Shown: positions 50,663 through 62,784, counted from the first letter of the whole stretch. The stretch: DNA of 63,943 bases, filler included, from Dicyema japonicum (GCA_011109175.1; 7 parts of 7 records of this genome joined end to end with filler, not necessarily neighbours in it), one strand, 5' to 3'. Notes: a model not told the origin generated them from the sequence alone. Numbers and translations are program-made.

Positions 50663-51718
50663 TTAACAATCAAAAAGGTCTTCACCACGAGTAACTCTGG
50701 GATAATATTTTTCAACCCGGTTAACAAATCCCATCAATTTTTGTGGTGTTAAAACCTTTTTTACGTCTACTGCAATTTCTTCCAATATTCTTAGCCTATA
50801 TTCAGAAATTGAAAGACCATCCAGAGTTTTGTTATAATTGAGAATTATTGATATCTTTTCTCTTAGCATTTTTTTTACTTCTACCGTAAAAGTACTCCAG
50901 GCTAATTCAATCGGGTTTAACAAATACGAATATGGAGCCAATCGTAAAAGTTCAATATTTTCTTCCTGCTCCACAACTGATTCCAATTGCCCGTAAACAG
51001 GAGCATTGTCAATTATAAAAGTAGAATGTTGTATAGATGAAAACCTACATTCATTGGTTAATTCTTGCATCCATTTTTTACAATCCTCTCCTCTGTAACA
51101 ACCTCTTTTGCAATGAAAATTAAATAATGTTGAAGCAGACATAGCACTTATACAATGTAAGCTAGAGCCTTTCGAATTTGGAGTCATAACAAAAGAACGA
51201 GATTCTATTTTTAATCCTCCTTCTTTTCTCGTACAATATAAATTAAAATTGGATTCATCGATCCAAATTAAAGTTTTTTCAGCAGATTTTGCCTTTAACA
51301 AGCAATCTAAATAATGTATTCTTTTTTCTTTATTTTCAAGTGAATTTACGTTGGCTATTGGTCGACAGGTTTTAAGAGAAATTAATTCCCCATCAAGCCA
51401 ATTTTTTACTGTTGTAAGAGACACAGACATTGAATAATTATTTCGTATTTTCTCCGCACATTCTTTCAAAGTGATCTGAGGATCAACTTCAATCCAACTG
51501 ATTAATTCATTTATAATTATTTGACTTTTTTTTGAATGTCTTTTACCTCCTTTTGGATGTCTTTCTTTATCTTTATTTTCAATCCAATAATAAGCTGTTC
51601 TCAAATTCACTCCAAGAGAAGAACATAGAGACTTCCAATCTCCAAAACTTTCATGTGTTTCAATTATTATCTTTTTTGTTTCATCACTATATTGACGATA
51701 TCTTGTATTTTCAGTCAT
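50663..51718 (-). CDS. IS630/Tc1-type DDE transposase, 351 aa, open frame
   Basis: N-terminal HTH; WIDESNF, FIIDNAP and APYSYLLNPIE (33 residues between the second D and the E by my count). Confidence 0.92.
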   Translation of the reverse strand: MTENTRYRQYSDETKKIIIETHESFGDWKSLCSSLGVNLRTAYYWIENKDKERHPKGGKRHSKKSQIIINELISWIEVDPQITLKECAEKIRNNYSMSVSLTTVKNWLDGELISLKTCRPIANVNSLENKEKRIHYLDCLLKAKSAEKTLIWIDESNFNLYCTRKEGGLKIESRSFVMTPNSKGSSLHCISAMSASTLFNFHCKRGCYRGEDCKKWMQELTNECRFSSIQHSTFIIDNAPVYGQLESVVEQEENIELLRLAPYSYLLNPIELAWSTFTVEVKKMLREKISIILNYNKTLDGLSISEYRLRILEEIAVDVKKVLTPQKLMGFVNRVEKYYPRVTRGEDLFDC

Positions 51719-51877
51719 CTAAAACAATTTTTGATGTATTTAGACGAACAATTTTTTATATGAAAAATTGACATTCGTAATTGAAAATTAGAAGTTTACT
51801 TTTCAATTTGATTTTTGCGGTTGCAATTTGAAATTTGTATTTGAAAATTTGAAATTTGCAGTTGCAGTTTGAAGTTC

Positions 51878-52180
51878 GTACTTGACAATTTGAATTTTGC
51901 AATTGCAATTAGAAGTTTGTACTTGTCAATTTGAATTTTTCAATTGCAATTAGAAGTTTGTACTTGTCAATTTGAATTTTTCAATTGCAATTTGAAGTTT
52001 GTACTTGTCAATTTGAATTTTTCCAATTGCAATTTGAAGTTTGTACTTGTCAATTTGAATTTTTCAATTGCAATTTGAAGTTTGTACTTGTCAATTTGAA
52101 TTTTTCAATTGCGATTTGAAGTTTGTACTTGTCAATTTGAATTTTTCAATTGCAATTTGAAGTTTGTACTTGTCAATTTT
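51878..52180. repeat. 41-bp tandem repeat, about 7 units (gtacttgtcaatttgaatttttcaattgcaatttgaagttt)
   Basis: Period read directly (tacttgtca at 51961 and 52002). Inverted copies at 49740-49862 and 50445-50540. Confidence 0.92.
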
Positions 52181-52197
52181 GACTTGAAAATGGTATA

Positions 52198-53681
52198 GAT
52201 TAGAGATGGGGTGGGAGGATAACCTGTGAGAATGACAAGGAAAGTGATAGAGCATGATCTGACAGCCCGAAGAGAACTCAGAGTCCAGGGGCGATTCAAT
52301 AACGGATTGCAGAATCTCCTGGACAAGAGAGCTGGTGGCATGTACGGAAGAAAGGAATGCTGGCAGGGAAAGATCGGCGGCTGAGCGCACGCCGATGCCA
52401 CCATGGCTAACCGGGAGGATTGCCTGCTCCCAGCCAAGGTCATCGAAAGGAGCATTGCATATTGTTTCGAGGAATGACCTGAGGGAACGGTCGAAGCTCG
52501 AAAGGCCAACGTGATTGGTGAAGCAGGGGGCACTTCTGAGGGTGAACAATAACTTGGGAATTGCAAAGCCTTTCTTCAATAAGAATAGGACCGCATGGGA
52601 ATCGATTTTCGTAAGTTTACTGGACATGGACATAAGATTAGAGGTTTTTCGGACAGGGTTTGATCCGCTCCCGTGTTGAGTATGGGAGAGCCTAGAATCC
52701 GGAGATTCGATGGCGTGGTGACTTGAATGTTGGATAGATACGAGTTGAAGAAACGAAGAATATCAGGAAAATGGTGTGAGTCGTAACTGATGTTTATGAT
52801 TTCAGATTTGTGGGAGTTGACCTCGAGGCCAATGGTTTGCAATGAAGGGATTAGGATTGTAAAGTCGTCAAGGACGAATTCGGATGTGTCACCAATGGCG
52901 GCGTTGTCCAGGTACCAAACGTTGAATTTGGATGATATCTTCCTGGCAACTTTATCAACGGCCAAGGCGAAAAGAGAGGGCCCAGAGGGTCACCTTGCTG
53001 TACTCCATTGCTGGACGGGATTGTCTGATTCTCAGCGATGAGGACTGGCTGGCCGTAAGCCAAGGCGACGAAGCGGGAGATTGCTGGGCAGCGACGGGTA
53101 ACAGATTCGAAGAAAGTGTCACGGCGTACACAGTTGAAAGCATTGGCCAGGTCTATCTTGATAAGAAGACAAGGCTTGTCTTGTCGATCTTGTGAGGCAA
53201 GAACATACTTCCTTGTGGCGTGGACTGCTGCTTCGCAGCCACCCCTACGCCGAGTTGTATTGGGCGTAATTCGGGTCCCAGCAACTTGATGGCTTGTCGC
53301 AAGCTACTTTTGGACGCCAGTCGGCGGAAGAGGCAACCCACGGCGATAGGACGGACGCCGCCTTCCTTTTTCCTCAGGGCAGTGAGATTAGCGGAAAAAA
53401 TATGTCACGGGCATACTCGAGATTTCTCCATTCAAGATTCGGTTCGTAAGAACCGTTAGAGAAGATAGGAGGCGATGACCAGCTTCGCAGGTTTGGTGAG
53501 AGAGCATGTCTTTGATGTGCCCGGGCCGGAGACCGTCTATACCACCGCAGCTGCCGGTTGGAAGAGAATTAATGGCATCGAGGACTTCCTCTTCTGAGGC
53601 ATGCGAGATTGGGAGGTTGGAATGGGTCATAATGGGGCGCTGGTCATCCGGAGCATCCGGGTGCTTCGCTCTTAGCTCTGT
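52198..53681 (-). mobile_element. CRE retrotransposon RT region, frameshifted
   Basis: GGIDGLRPGH, GGVRPIAVG, IQLGVGV, NAFNC, GVQQGDPLGP, WYLDNAAIG, IPKLLFTLRSAP and LPVSHGGIGVR. Confidence 0.9.
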
Positions 53682-53689
53682 NAATTATT

Positions 53690-54165
53690 AATTGGAGACA
53701 TGGAGCCTTTTTTTACGAATATCCTCAAGATCTTCACCAGTTTTAAGTCTGGTGCCAATTCTCGCGTAATCATCCCTCAGGCTGAGGGGAATCGTGCATC
53801 TTTGTCGACTCCGAAAGCTAGTTCCGTGATTAGAGAAGTAACCTTCCGTGATTTGGTTGCAAGGAATCATTTCGTCAATTCTCAGAACATGTCCGAAAAG
53901 TCTCCAGCGTGAGGTAGTAACTTCCTTGCTAATCGGTTTTACATAATTCGTAGAGAGTGTCGTTTTTGATGATCTGTGGCCATTTGATACCCGTAATTTT
54001 TCTCAATCTTTCTATGAAAAGCGTCTAGTCTGTCAAGGTCCGATCTCGATGTTCCCCATGTTCCCGAGTTGTATAATAGGATTGGTTTTACAAACGCATT
54101 ATATAAGCGTATCCGAAGATTTAAGGAGATAGTTTTGTTGGTTGAGTTGGTTGACATCTCTCACT
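53690..54165 (-). mobile_element. RTE-clade LINE post-RT C-terminal fragment
   Basis: RIRLYNAFVKPILLYNSGTW...LDAFHRK...IKWP...RWRLFGHVLR. Confidence 0.85.
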
Positions 54166-54169
54166 TTGT

Positions 54170-55319
54170 TATGTCTTTATCTTATTCTCGATCGGTCCAT
54201 TCTACGCCTTTTTCCAATACATCTTTCATTGTCAGAGGAATTGCCTCAAACATCAAACAGAACATTTTATATGTAAGGATTCTGGAAGGATACAAAACCA
54301 GTGTGGCATGTCTGCAAGAGACGAAGGTATCTGTAGAACGAGATGCATGTTATGACAATTATCGGTTAATACTATTACCGTCCGACTCCCGTCATTATGG
54401 GATGGGCTTTGGTATACACATCTTATTTGTAGATCGGTTACTCAAAGTATGGAGTAAAACAGGTCGAATTGCCATTATTCAACTTAATATCGGATCACGT
54501 AATAAGTTAGTTAGTTAATTAAAAGCTCTTTCGCGTCGCCCTAGAAGGGTTTCGCTTGAGCCATGCTTAGAGTTATCCTCCCTGCCATCTTCGCCCACGC
54601 TCTCTTGTTCCTGGCCCTCATTCGAACATCGTCCAGATCGTCCGCCGTCACCAGTTTATCGCCGATTGTTGCACGTCCGCCAGATCGTCCGCCGTAGTCT
54701 TCTTTTAAGCACGTTGCAAGCATGTTCCTTGGTCGCCCTCGATACCTATGACTTCCGGAGTGGAAGTATTCAACCATTATTATGTTACATGGCGTAGTAG
54801 GGTCCAGTCTAAGGATATGTCCAAATAGTTGCCATCTCGATAAAATAACGTTACATAGATTTTATAGTTTTTCATTTGAGATTTTCTTTGGCCAGAAGAT
54901 TCCGATCAATATACGGAGTTGGTTTCTGTGAAATGCATCTAGCTTCTCTAAGTCGTAATAAGAAATCGATTATGGCTGTCATAAATGTGTATGCGCCCCA
55001 CACGGGAAGATTATCGGCTTGTGTGGATGAGCTTGATGATTTCTATGCGAGTTTATCGGAGGTGTACTCCCAACTCTGCTCGTCAGTACTAATTTTTGTT
55101 GCGGGGACTGGAATTCAAAAGCAGGAATTAAACGCAGGGTAAACGCTGCATTGGTAATCACGGAAGGGGATATCGAAATTCTTCTGGAAATCTTATGATC
55201 GACTTGCGTAAGTAATACTTACGATTCTGTTCTGTGCATAACGGCTTTTCAGCATGCCGCCCGACACAAGACAACCTGGGTAGGTTGTAGAACAATCGGA
55301 CAAGGAGAGGAACAATATA
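54170..55319 (+). mobile_element. RTE endonuclease domain split by a later RTE insertion and cut by pogo D
   Basis: ACLQETK...HYGMGF...QLNIGSRNK|KSIMAVINVYAP...AG.WNS...RHKTTW; the frame is restored on removing 54507-54962. Confidence 0.85.
54507..54953 (-). mobile_element. 5'-truncated RTE copy with (TAAC)n tail and 9-bp TSD
   Basis: TSD cgtaataag at 54498-54506 and 54954-54962. LDAFHRNQLR...RWQLFGHILR...RGRPR...MAQAKPF-stop. Confidence 0.9.
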
Positions 55320-56760
55320 CAGTCAAACCCCGTTTACTCGCCAAATTTGGGACCAAGCCAAAAAATGGCGAGTAACTGAATTTGGCGAGTAACTGAATAA
55401 TCAATAAAAATTTATAACAAAATGCACAAAATTAAACAATAATTAAACTGAATAATAAAACAAATCATTATTTCGAAAAATAAAGAGTCAAATTACGAAT
55501 TTAGACTAAAATAATCGTTCAATGTTGCTTTTCTAGTAAACATCGTATTTTTAATAAATTGATTGATCATTTGAATTGCATTAATATTAAAAGTATAGTC
55601 TTGAGTTAATACTTTTTCATATTATGAAACATTTTAAACGCATCTTCACTATTTATTTCATTCGCAGATGTTTTCTCTTCAAAAATACCACGTGTTTTTC
55701 CTATTTACATCATCGTCGTTTTCGAAGGATTTTTTCACTTCGTCTATTTCAGTGTACGTGTAATCAAGAAAATCTGATTGTTCCATTGGATCCAAAATAT
55801 TCAATTGCTTTATTGTCTCCTCCATATTTCTCAATCGTATAGTTGGAAGATTGAATTTGCTCTTCACATGGAATCCACTTAGCATGCCTGAAACAATTTT
55901 TGATAGTTTTTTCGGTGACTTCATTCCAACCAAAATAGGTAAATACAACTGCTTCTTTAAGTGTTAAATAGGTAAATAAACTCCGTCTTTAAGTGTTATG
56001 AGCCAGATTCTTCATGGAATAATCTTAATTTTACATTGTTTCTCTTTTTGAATCTAGAAATCCATCCATTGCTTCCCATAAAATCAGTTATTCATGTGAT
56101 TTTGCAATACTTTTTGCCTTTAATAAAATTGCATTGTCATCAAGAAATCCTCCAACTAATTCTATTTTCTCCAGCCAAGATAAAATTTTCGATTCTAGTG
56201 CAGGGAATTTTCCACAAGATAAACGACTTTTTTCCCCAAAAATTGGATTAATAGAGGCTGTTTGGCTTTTATTTAATTTTAGATCGTTTAGGCATCTTCT
56301 GGAAATTTTTTTCTTCAAAAGATTGGAGAAAATTGAGGCAATTCGATTTAAGGTAATAGCCTTATTTTCATCAATGAAATTTAAAATTCTTAGCTTTTCC
56401 TCAAAGGATAACCGAGTACACTTCCGCATGGTTAATAAATGTGGAAATTATTGATTATATTTTGTGCAAGGAGTCGCAGAAGAGATTATTAGTTGACTCC
56501 CGTCCGTACGGAGGAGCCTTGAAAAACAGCGATCATAAGATCTTAGCAAATTAAATCTGAGAAGGCTTTATAGAATTTTACATGCAAATCATGCAAATGT
56601 TGGAAAAACGAAAAGGAACTTCTTATTAATATAAATTTTTGTATTTTTTAAAAAAATTAAAGAATTAAAATTTTAATTAATTTCTAATTTATAATAAAAT
56701 AAAATACTTCCTATAATCAGATTATCTTTTTATTGTTCTTGTTGGTCATTAATTGTTTTC
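55320..56760 (-). mobile_element. pogo element D, DDE domain deleted; 5' TIR lost at the gap
   Basis: TA|cagtcaaaccccg end. HTH ORF 56088-56429; GSNGWISRFKKR..HEES is joined to WNEVTEKTIKNCFRHAKW through a short duplicated filler. Confidence 0.85.
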
Positions 56761-57976
56761 CTAGAAAATGCAAGNNNNNNNNNNNNNNNNNNNNNNNNNN
56801 NNNNNNNNNNNNNNNNNNTTAATTAATTAANNNNNNNNNNNNNNNNNNNNNNNNNNNNNNNNNNNNNNNNNNNNCCTGTTCGTAATGCTGCATATAATAA
56901 GGACTTTCCACAGGAAATCTGTCCATGGACTGCCCAGGATACGGCGACTCCATACCGAAATTCCCCTGCTTATAAAAAATACACTCAAAACATAATTCTG
57001 TCCATAACCCGTCCCAAGCTCATGATGAAATCTCGGAGAGGGACCGAATCCAGTGGGAGGGACTAATCCCGGACTTGGCATTCTATTCTGATCTCCGAAG
57101 GATCCCCTGACTCTGAATTGGCCTGGGAACATGGAAGGATGGATTTGAGTGGGGACATAGTCTGGTTGGACACCATATGGTCTCTGCTGACTTGTCGGAG
57201 TCTAAAATTGATTTTTATAAGAATAAACTGGATTTTGACTGTCGTTTGGAGGACATGCAACAAACTTTGATTTAGACAATTAAAAATACCAAATCATAAA
57301 ATGTCCTTGCCTCGCTAGATGGATTATGGTGATCCCGGCGTTCTGGGGATGCTGAGTATATGTCCCAGAAAGTGCTGGAGTGTTATTTGGATGTACTAAC
57401 CACCACCAATTATGGAGAAAGCCAGGTTTTGCCTCGATGGAGATGTTTTGACAACAGTCGACCTTTGATTATTATTAATTATACTTTTTTAATTTGTGCA
57501 AGGAAAGCCTCAGAGGCCTGCTTACTTCCGATGTGGACCATATATTCGTATACACAACTCGCGAGTCTAAATAGTTTGATTTGATTTACTTTTCTCGCGA
57601 TTCCACATCACTAAACTTCTGGGACATCAGAGAAAGTTGATTTATTTATTTTTATTTCTTGAGTAAACATATTTATTTAAAGGTAAAAATTAATAAAGAA
57701 AAAATATTTCAAGTTTTTAATCAATATATAAATTATCCTAAATCCAATATGGCGATAGACACGCATGATTAGTTATTAATACGATACTTCTGGATGAAAT
57801 AAGCTTGGTCCATGTAATTTCCTCGTCCGAAATCCATGCCTTTTCTTAAATTTGATAAACATCCATAAGAGTTTTGAATTTAAAGAGAGAAAAGCTGCTT
57901 AGCAAATAATTCTGCCTTATTTATTGTTACCCCAGGATCACCGGGTTATAAGGAAAGAGAGAAAAGTCCTAGCTAA

Positions 57977-58430
57977 CTAAGTGATCCCAGACCATGACAA
58001 AGGAGGTTTTGTCCGACGTGGACGAGAGTCCTGGATGGGCTCTCCAGAAAGGGCATGTCGATAGCTCGAAGCGGGGATGATTTTTGAGGTAGTTAGACAA
58101 GGATTCATATAGGGATTCGCGGGAGTAGAGGCTGTCCTCACCATTTTTTGTTGCCTTTTGATGAGGACCTCTTCCAGGGTGTTGGATAATAGGTTTCGGC
58201 CAATTATTCTTTTCGTGGCTTCATGAATCGTGGATAGTTTTATTAGGGAGGAGCGGGAAATTGCCATCGACCACGATTTGCTTGCGTAGGTTAGAGTCGG
58301 TTGTATGAATTGATGATAGACAGTGGATAGAGTCTTAGCATTCCTTCCGAGGGGTTTTGAGATCAGCTTTAGGATCTTCATTTTGGTGAGTGCTGCAGTG
58401 AACCCGGTTTTCGACAATAATTCTGCTTAC
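57977..58430 (-). mobile_element. I/Jockey-like LINE post-RT fragment
   Basis: KILKLIS...G...KTL..VYHQFIQPTLTYASKSW. Confidence 0.7.
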
Positions 58431-59067
58431 TAGATATTAATGCATCGTTCAATGACGCTGTTTTTGTAGATAAATTTTAGTTTTGAATTCTTCCATAATT
58501 GAGTCACGACTCTTTAAAATAGCCACTAGGTGCACTAACAACAGGTGTTTCCCCGAATAGACGGGTTTTTTGATATTAACAAAAAAAATTAACGTTATGT
58601 TAGTTCAAAAGATGTGTATTTTAAATTTTATTTAACGATTTTAATTTTCAGTTCTTTACTTGTTCCTTTATTTTTCTCTCCGAATTTGTACTTTTCAATT
58701 AATCGATCCATATTAATTGATCCAATTAGTCGATCTATATTTTTAGTTTTTAAAGCCTTCGCAATCTCTAATTTGTCTTTGACAGAAATTCTCTTCGCCA
58801 TAGCGACAGAAACACGTTATAATTATTATTTATTTTAAAATAATATTCAAAGATTAGAACTAAAAAATATATTAAATGCCCCAAAACGGGGTTTATCTTT
58901 TAGAGAGTAAACAAAAAAAACTCCTTATAGAAATTCAAAGTGCCCCAAAACCGAGGGTGCCCCAATAAGGGGTTGCACTGTAGTGAGTCTTGTAGGAATT
59001 TCAAAAAATTGGCAAGTAAGTCTAGAATTGGAAATTTAAGAATTGGTAAATTTAAGAGAGTTTACTG
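58430..59067 (-). mobile_element. Two nested pogo 5' ends (at 58980 and 59067) with an HTH scrap
   Basis: ...ggggttgcactg|TA and ...gagagtttactg|TA. Minus-strand MAKRISVKDKLEIAKAL; the subterminal caccctcggttttgg is shared with the 27084 element. Confidence 0.7.
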
Positions 59068-59154
59068 TATAAAGTTTTTATTAAATAAATAAAATTCTAT
59101 TTAAAAATAAAACATGAAAATATTTTGATAAATTAAATGTTAAATTTATGAGAA

Positions 59155-60360
59155 TTAAAGGCCACCAGCTTCTAAATATAAGCTTTTTCTTTTTTCTTGT
59201 AGCCAGAAAAGCATTTCTTTCTTGTCATATTTTCATCTTTTCAGAGTATAGGCAGTTCTAATAATTTTATCACCTGCACAATACCCTGTAAAACATCTAT
59301 ATCATGTTCTTGTTTTATTTTTCCATCAATTGTGTAATTTTGTTATCGAAAAATTCAATTCTCTTTAGAAAGGAGTTACGTTTCAGTTCTTCTTTCTTCC
59401 TCAAGTCCCACGATCCTATTTACGTAATATTTGCGAGCTGAATATTTCACCGGGTTGAAAGAACCTTCCCAGGATCTGAGGCTTCCACTCAAACAATGTC
59501 ATAGCACTGAGCTGAGCTTCTCTCTGATATATTGCACGCACTGCAAATTCCATGTCATACAAAAACTGTCTTATTTTAGTACGTCTACAATTGTTAGCTG
59601 TTCATTCTGAGTCTTCCCCAATTTTAAAAAGTATTTCTTGAACTTTGTAATTTGGGATTTTTAAAGCAGACATTATTTTGTCAAGTCGAATCTGGACAAT
59701 TTCTCTCTGTGTTTTGAACAATTTGAAATTATACAATTTGTGGGGAAGGATCATCCGGAAGTTCAAATAAATCTTTATTAGAATTATCCATTGGAACTAT
59801 GCTCGTATTTGATATTTCATTTTTTATGACTCAAATTTGATTTTTTGGTACCATTTAACTCCAAATTCTTATTTGTTGTATCATTTTCAGAACGTGAGGA
59901 ACACTTATAATTCAATTAAAATTACAAACTTCCAGTTCATCTTTAATCGATTCTCTAAAATATACATTTTGTGTTAAAATGTGATTAAATAAATGATCAG
60001 GCACCTTGTTTGTGTATTATTACTTTCTGTCTCTAATTCTCGCATATCGGTTTCATTAAGAGATGTTGGAGCCATATATAAAAATCCTGCAAATAATTAG
60101 TTAGAAATAGACTTGTTCTAATGAGAGATAACTTGACGTAAGACAGTGAGAAATGCTTCGATATACGATGCTTTGTTGTTGACTGTAGACTTGTTCATTA
60201 GAAAGAATATCGATCAAATGTCTATTTAACTACAAAGTTAACAACACAAGTTTACTTTTTTGAGAAGTGGCTGATTTAAAAAGGAAGCTTCAGGAGATGA
60301 TAAACATGGTTCTAACAATTTAGAGTCAAATATGTAATTGTAGTCAAATTTGTGATTAAA
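59155..60360 (-). pseudogene. CCDC87: CCDC87-like coiled-coil gene, multi-exon, with frameshifts; 5' extent uncertain (possibly to about 61560)
   Basis: IQ.RLDKIMSALKIP, AVRAISER.EAQLSAMTLFE.EASDPG.RFF and MKYDKKEMLFWLQEK..KLYL resemble the CCDC87 C-terminal region as I recall it (REALLARLEWFEGQASNPNRFF; KMKSDKVEMLYWLQQ). Confidence 0.6.
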
Positions 60361-61619
60361 CTTGGTATTAGACACTACTAAACGTTTTTATCTTTTATAT
60401 AAAATTTTGTGGTTCTAAAATTGTGCTTTATATTCTTAACTTTTCTTCATTGTTATTAATTAAATAATACTGCATTTCTCCATTATTTTTTTCTAAAACA
60501 AGATTCTCTTTGCAGTTACGAGGGTCTTGTGTTGATGAATACTTTAAAATAGTTATTTATTATCACTACACTTAAAATTGGACATAATTCATCCGTAATT
60601 ACGAATTATATTTTCTGTTTCTATTTTAGGCTGCAGAATCGGCATGGTTTGTGACGTGAAATGATCTTGGTGATCAAAAACATCATCTTCTATTTCGCTC
60701 ATGAACTTTTGAGTTTTTTTAAAATTTATTCTCATTTTTCCGACTAACATTTCAATATGATCTAAGCAAATTTTTTCTATATTTCATTATGGCATGGTTT
60801 TGTAAATTCGTCCAAGTTTGTTTTGTTCATAATGAAAAGATATATTTTTATAGGGGATTGATCTAATAAAATAATAGTAGGAAATAAAAACTTCATCATT
60901 AAATTGCCAAGTGTCTGGGTTTTTAAATCTTTCTATATTGCTTTGATGGTTAAATGTTTCTCTTTTATCGTAGACTTGAAAATTATTCGTACAATACAAC
61001 TTGTAAGCGAACGATTGAATTTTTTTTGCTTCGTTTGTAATTATATTTGTGAAAAAATGTTTCTATTTTTCAAATATTATTTTTCAGGTACAAATGTCTA
61101 ATTTAAAATGGTTTTTCTAGTTACCGTAATCCGACCAAATTCAATCCAAAATTTATTCAAAGTAACAGATAAATTGAGCAAGACTTCATCTATCTAATTT
61201 GGTATTAATTTCATTTCATACAATTTTTGAAATTCATTTTTTTCAGATATGAATTTATATTTCATTTTTTCAAACATTATTTTACAAATTAAATCGTGAT
61301 TTAAATCTGATTTTAATAAAGAAATTACTTTTTCCTTCATCATAGAATTCATTTCTGTCCCTTAAAAATTATTTAATTCTATGACTTGGTTTAAGTATTT
61401 CCAAAGTATTTTCATTGGCAGTTTTCTTCAAATATACTTTACTCTCTTTTAAATCAATCAGTTTGTTAGTTATATGTGCTTTTTCCATTATTCTTAATTT
61501 GTAGTCAAAAAGCCGTATCCATGGAATTAGATTATAATTAAAAATGACTTTTTTAATGGACAATTGTTTGTGAAACTAAAACTTGAATAGGATAAGACAA
61601 ATAAATAAACAAAATATAT

Positions 61620-61930
61620 AAATTAATTAACGTTCTTTTTCGGAAATACTTCGTGTCTCAACAGCCACAGGGTGGCACCCACTTCAATGATACATGTTAA
61701 ATTCTCTTTTTGGTCGTAAAGGAATATAATCAAGTCTCTTTGGTCGTAAAGGAATATATCAAGCTCAGCTCCAATCGAACAGTATTTCGTAAAGCTATTA
61801 AACATAATATTCTGAACAGATTGCTTTTAAATCTATTTCTTTTCATTCCAAAACTCCGGCATAAATTCATATGAATACACCTAACAATGTCACTATGCCT
61901 TCTGGTGTAATCTGAGTTTCTTTCAAAGTA
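61620..61930 (-). mobile_element. R4/Dong/NeSL-like RLE fragment
   Basis: YTRRHSDIVRCIHMNLCRSFG...DIFLYDQ...TCIIEVG; contains a 30-bp tandem duplication. Confidence 0.7.
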
Positions 61931-61989
61931 CTTTTTTAATTAATAAGTGTCAATAATGTTAAATATCGGTTAGTAAACTATAATTTCCA

Positions 61990-62784
61990 TCATTGAGTTG
62001 ACGATTTAAGAGGTTCTTGTGGAGGAGGTAACTTGTCCTTGGATATTGCTACTTTCCAAATATCTGAACCATATTCGGATACCGAACGATCACTAGAGAA
62101 ATAGCCAGCAGATACAATGTTCTTAAAGCACATTTGACTCCATAGATTTGGATTCTACGAATATGTGATAATAGACACCAAATAAGCTTCCTCGACAAGC
62201 AACTGTTTTTGAATATAATCATCATAGTCTGCCATAACCATAAAGCGGTCATGATTGATAATATTGTGATATATTTCATGAAATAGACCAGGTTCATCCC
62301 TACTAAAATAACCATCCCTGATCTGGTTAAAGCACTCTCTCAATTGTGCATTCGTATCGTAATAAGACCAGGGATTATATCTAAGAATATTATCATTAAT
62401 AGCAACCCAGAAGAGTATTTCTCCTTAACTTGCTGAACGGTCATTCCAAATATAAATATGTTCTCCATTCCCACCTTTTCTGCCATCTCTACATTGGCCC
62501 CATCCAACGTCCCAACGTCACAGCTCCATTCAGCTACCAATTAACCATCACTCACTACCATGAACTTCATATTCCCAGTCCCCGATGCCTCAGTCCCTGC
62601 CAGGGAAATTTGTTCACTCAGATCAGCCGCAGGAACAATCTTCTCTGCCAAGGATACTTTATAGTCCGGTAAAAAAAACACTCGCAGATCGTTATTAGTG
62701 TCCGGATCATTATTCACCACATCCGCCACATTGCAAATTAGTTTTATTATGAGTTTAGCTATTTTGTAGCCAGAGCAGCCCTTC
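61990..62784 (-). CDS. PYG: Glycogen phosphorylase, 3' part (5' part lost at gap); one single-base frameshift near 62512
   Basis: [41 protein letters not shown]|LNGA...[10 protein letters not shown]...DRFMVMADY...[12 protein letters not shown]. Introns 62534-62558, 62381-62406 and 62155-62178. Confidence 0.95.

Larger units (their letters stand above)
49721..52195 (-). mobile_element. IS630/Tc1-family DNA transposon with long minisatellite TIRs and TA TSD
   Basis: TA|taccatttcaagtcaa at the left and ttgacttgaaaatggta|TA at the right. 41-bp repeat arrays lie in inverted orientation at both ends; central transposase ORF. Confidence 0.9.

Noticed and set aside
51878-52180. 41-bp repeat array as a CRISPR or as coding repeats
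   Set aside because: No spacers, eukaryotic context, and it forms part of a transposon TIR; ORF translations through it are incidental.
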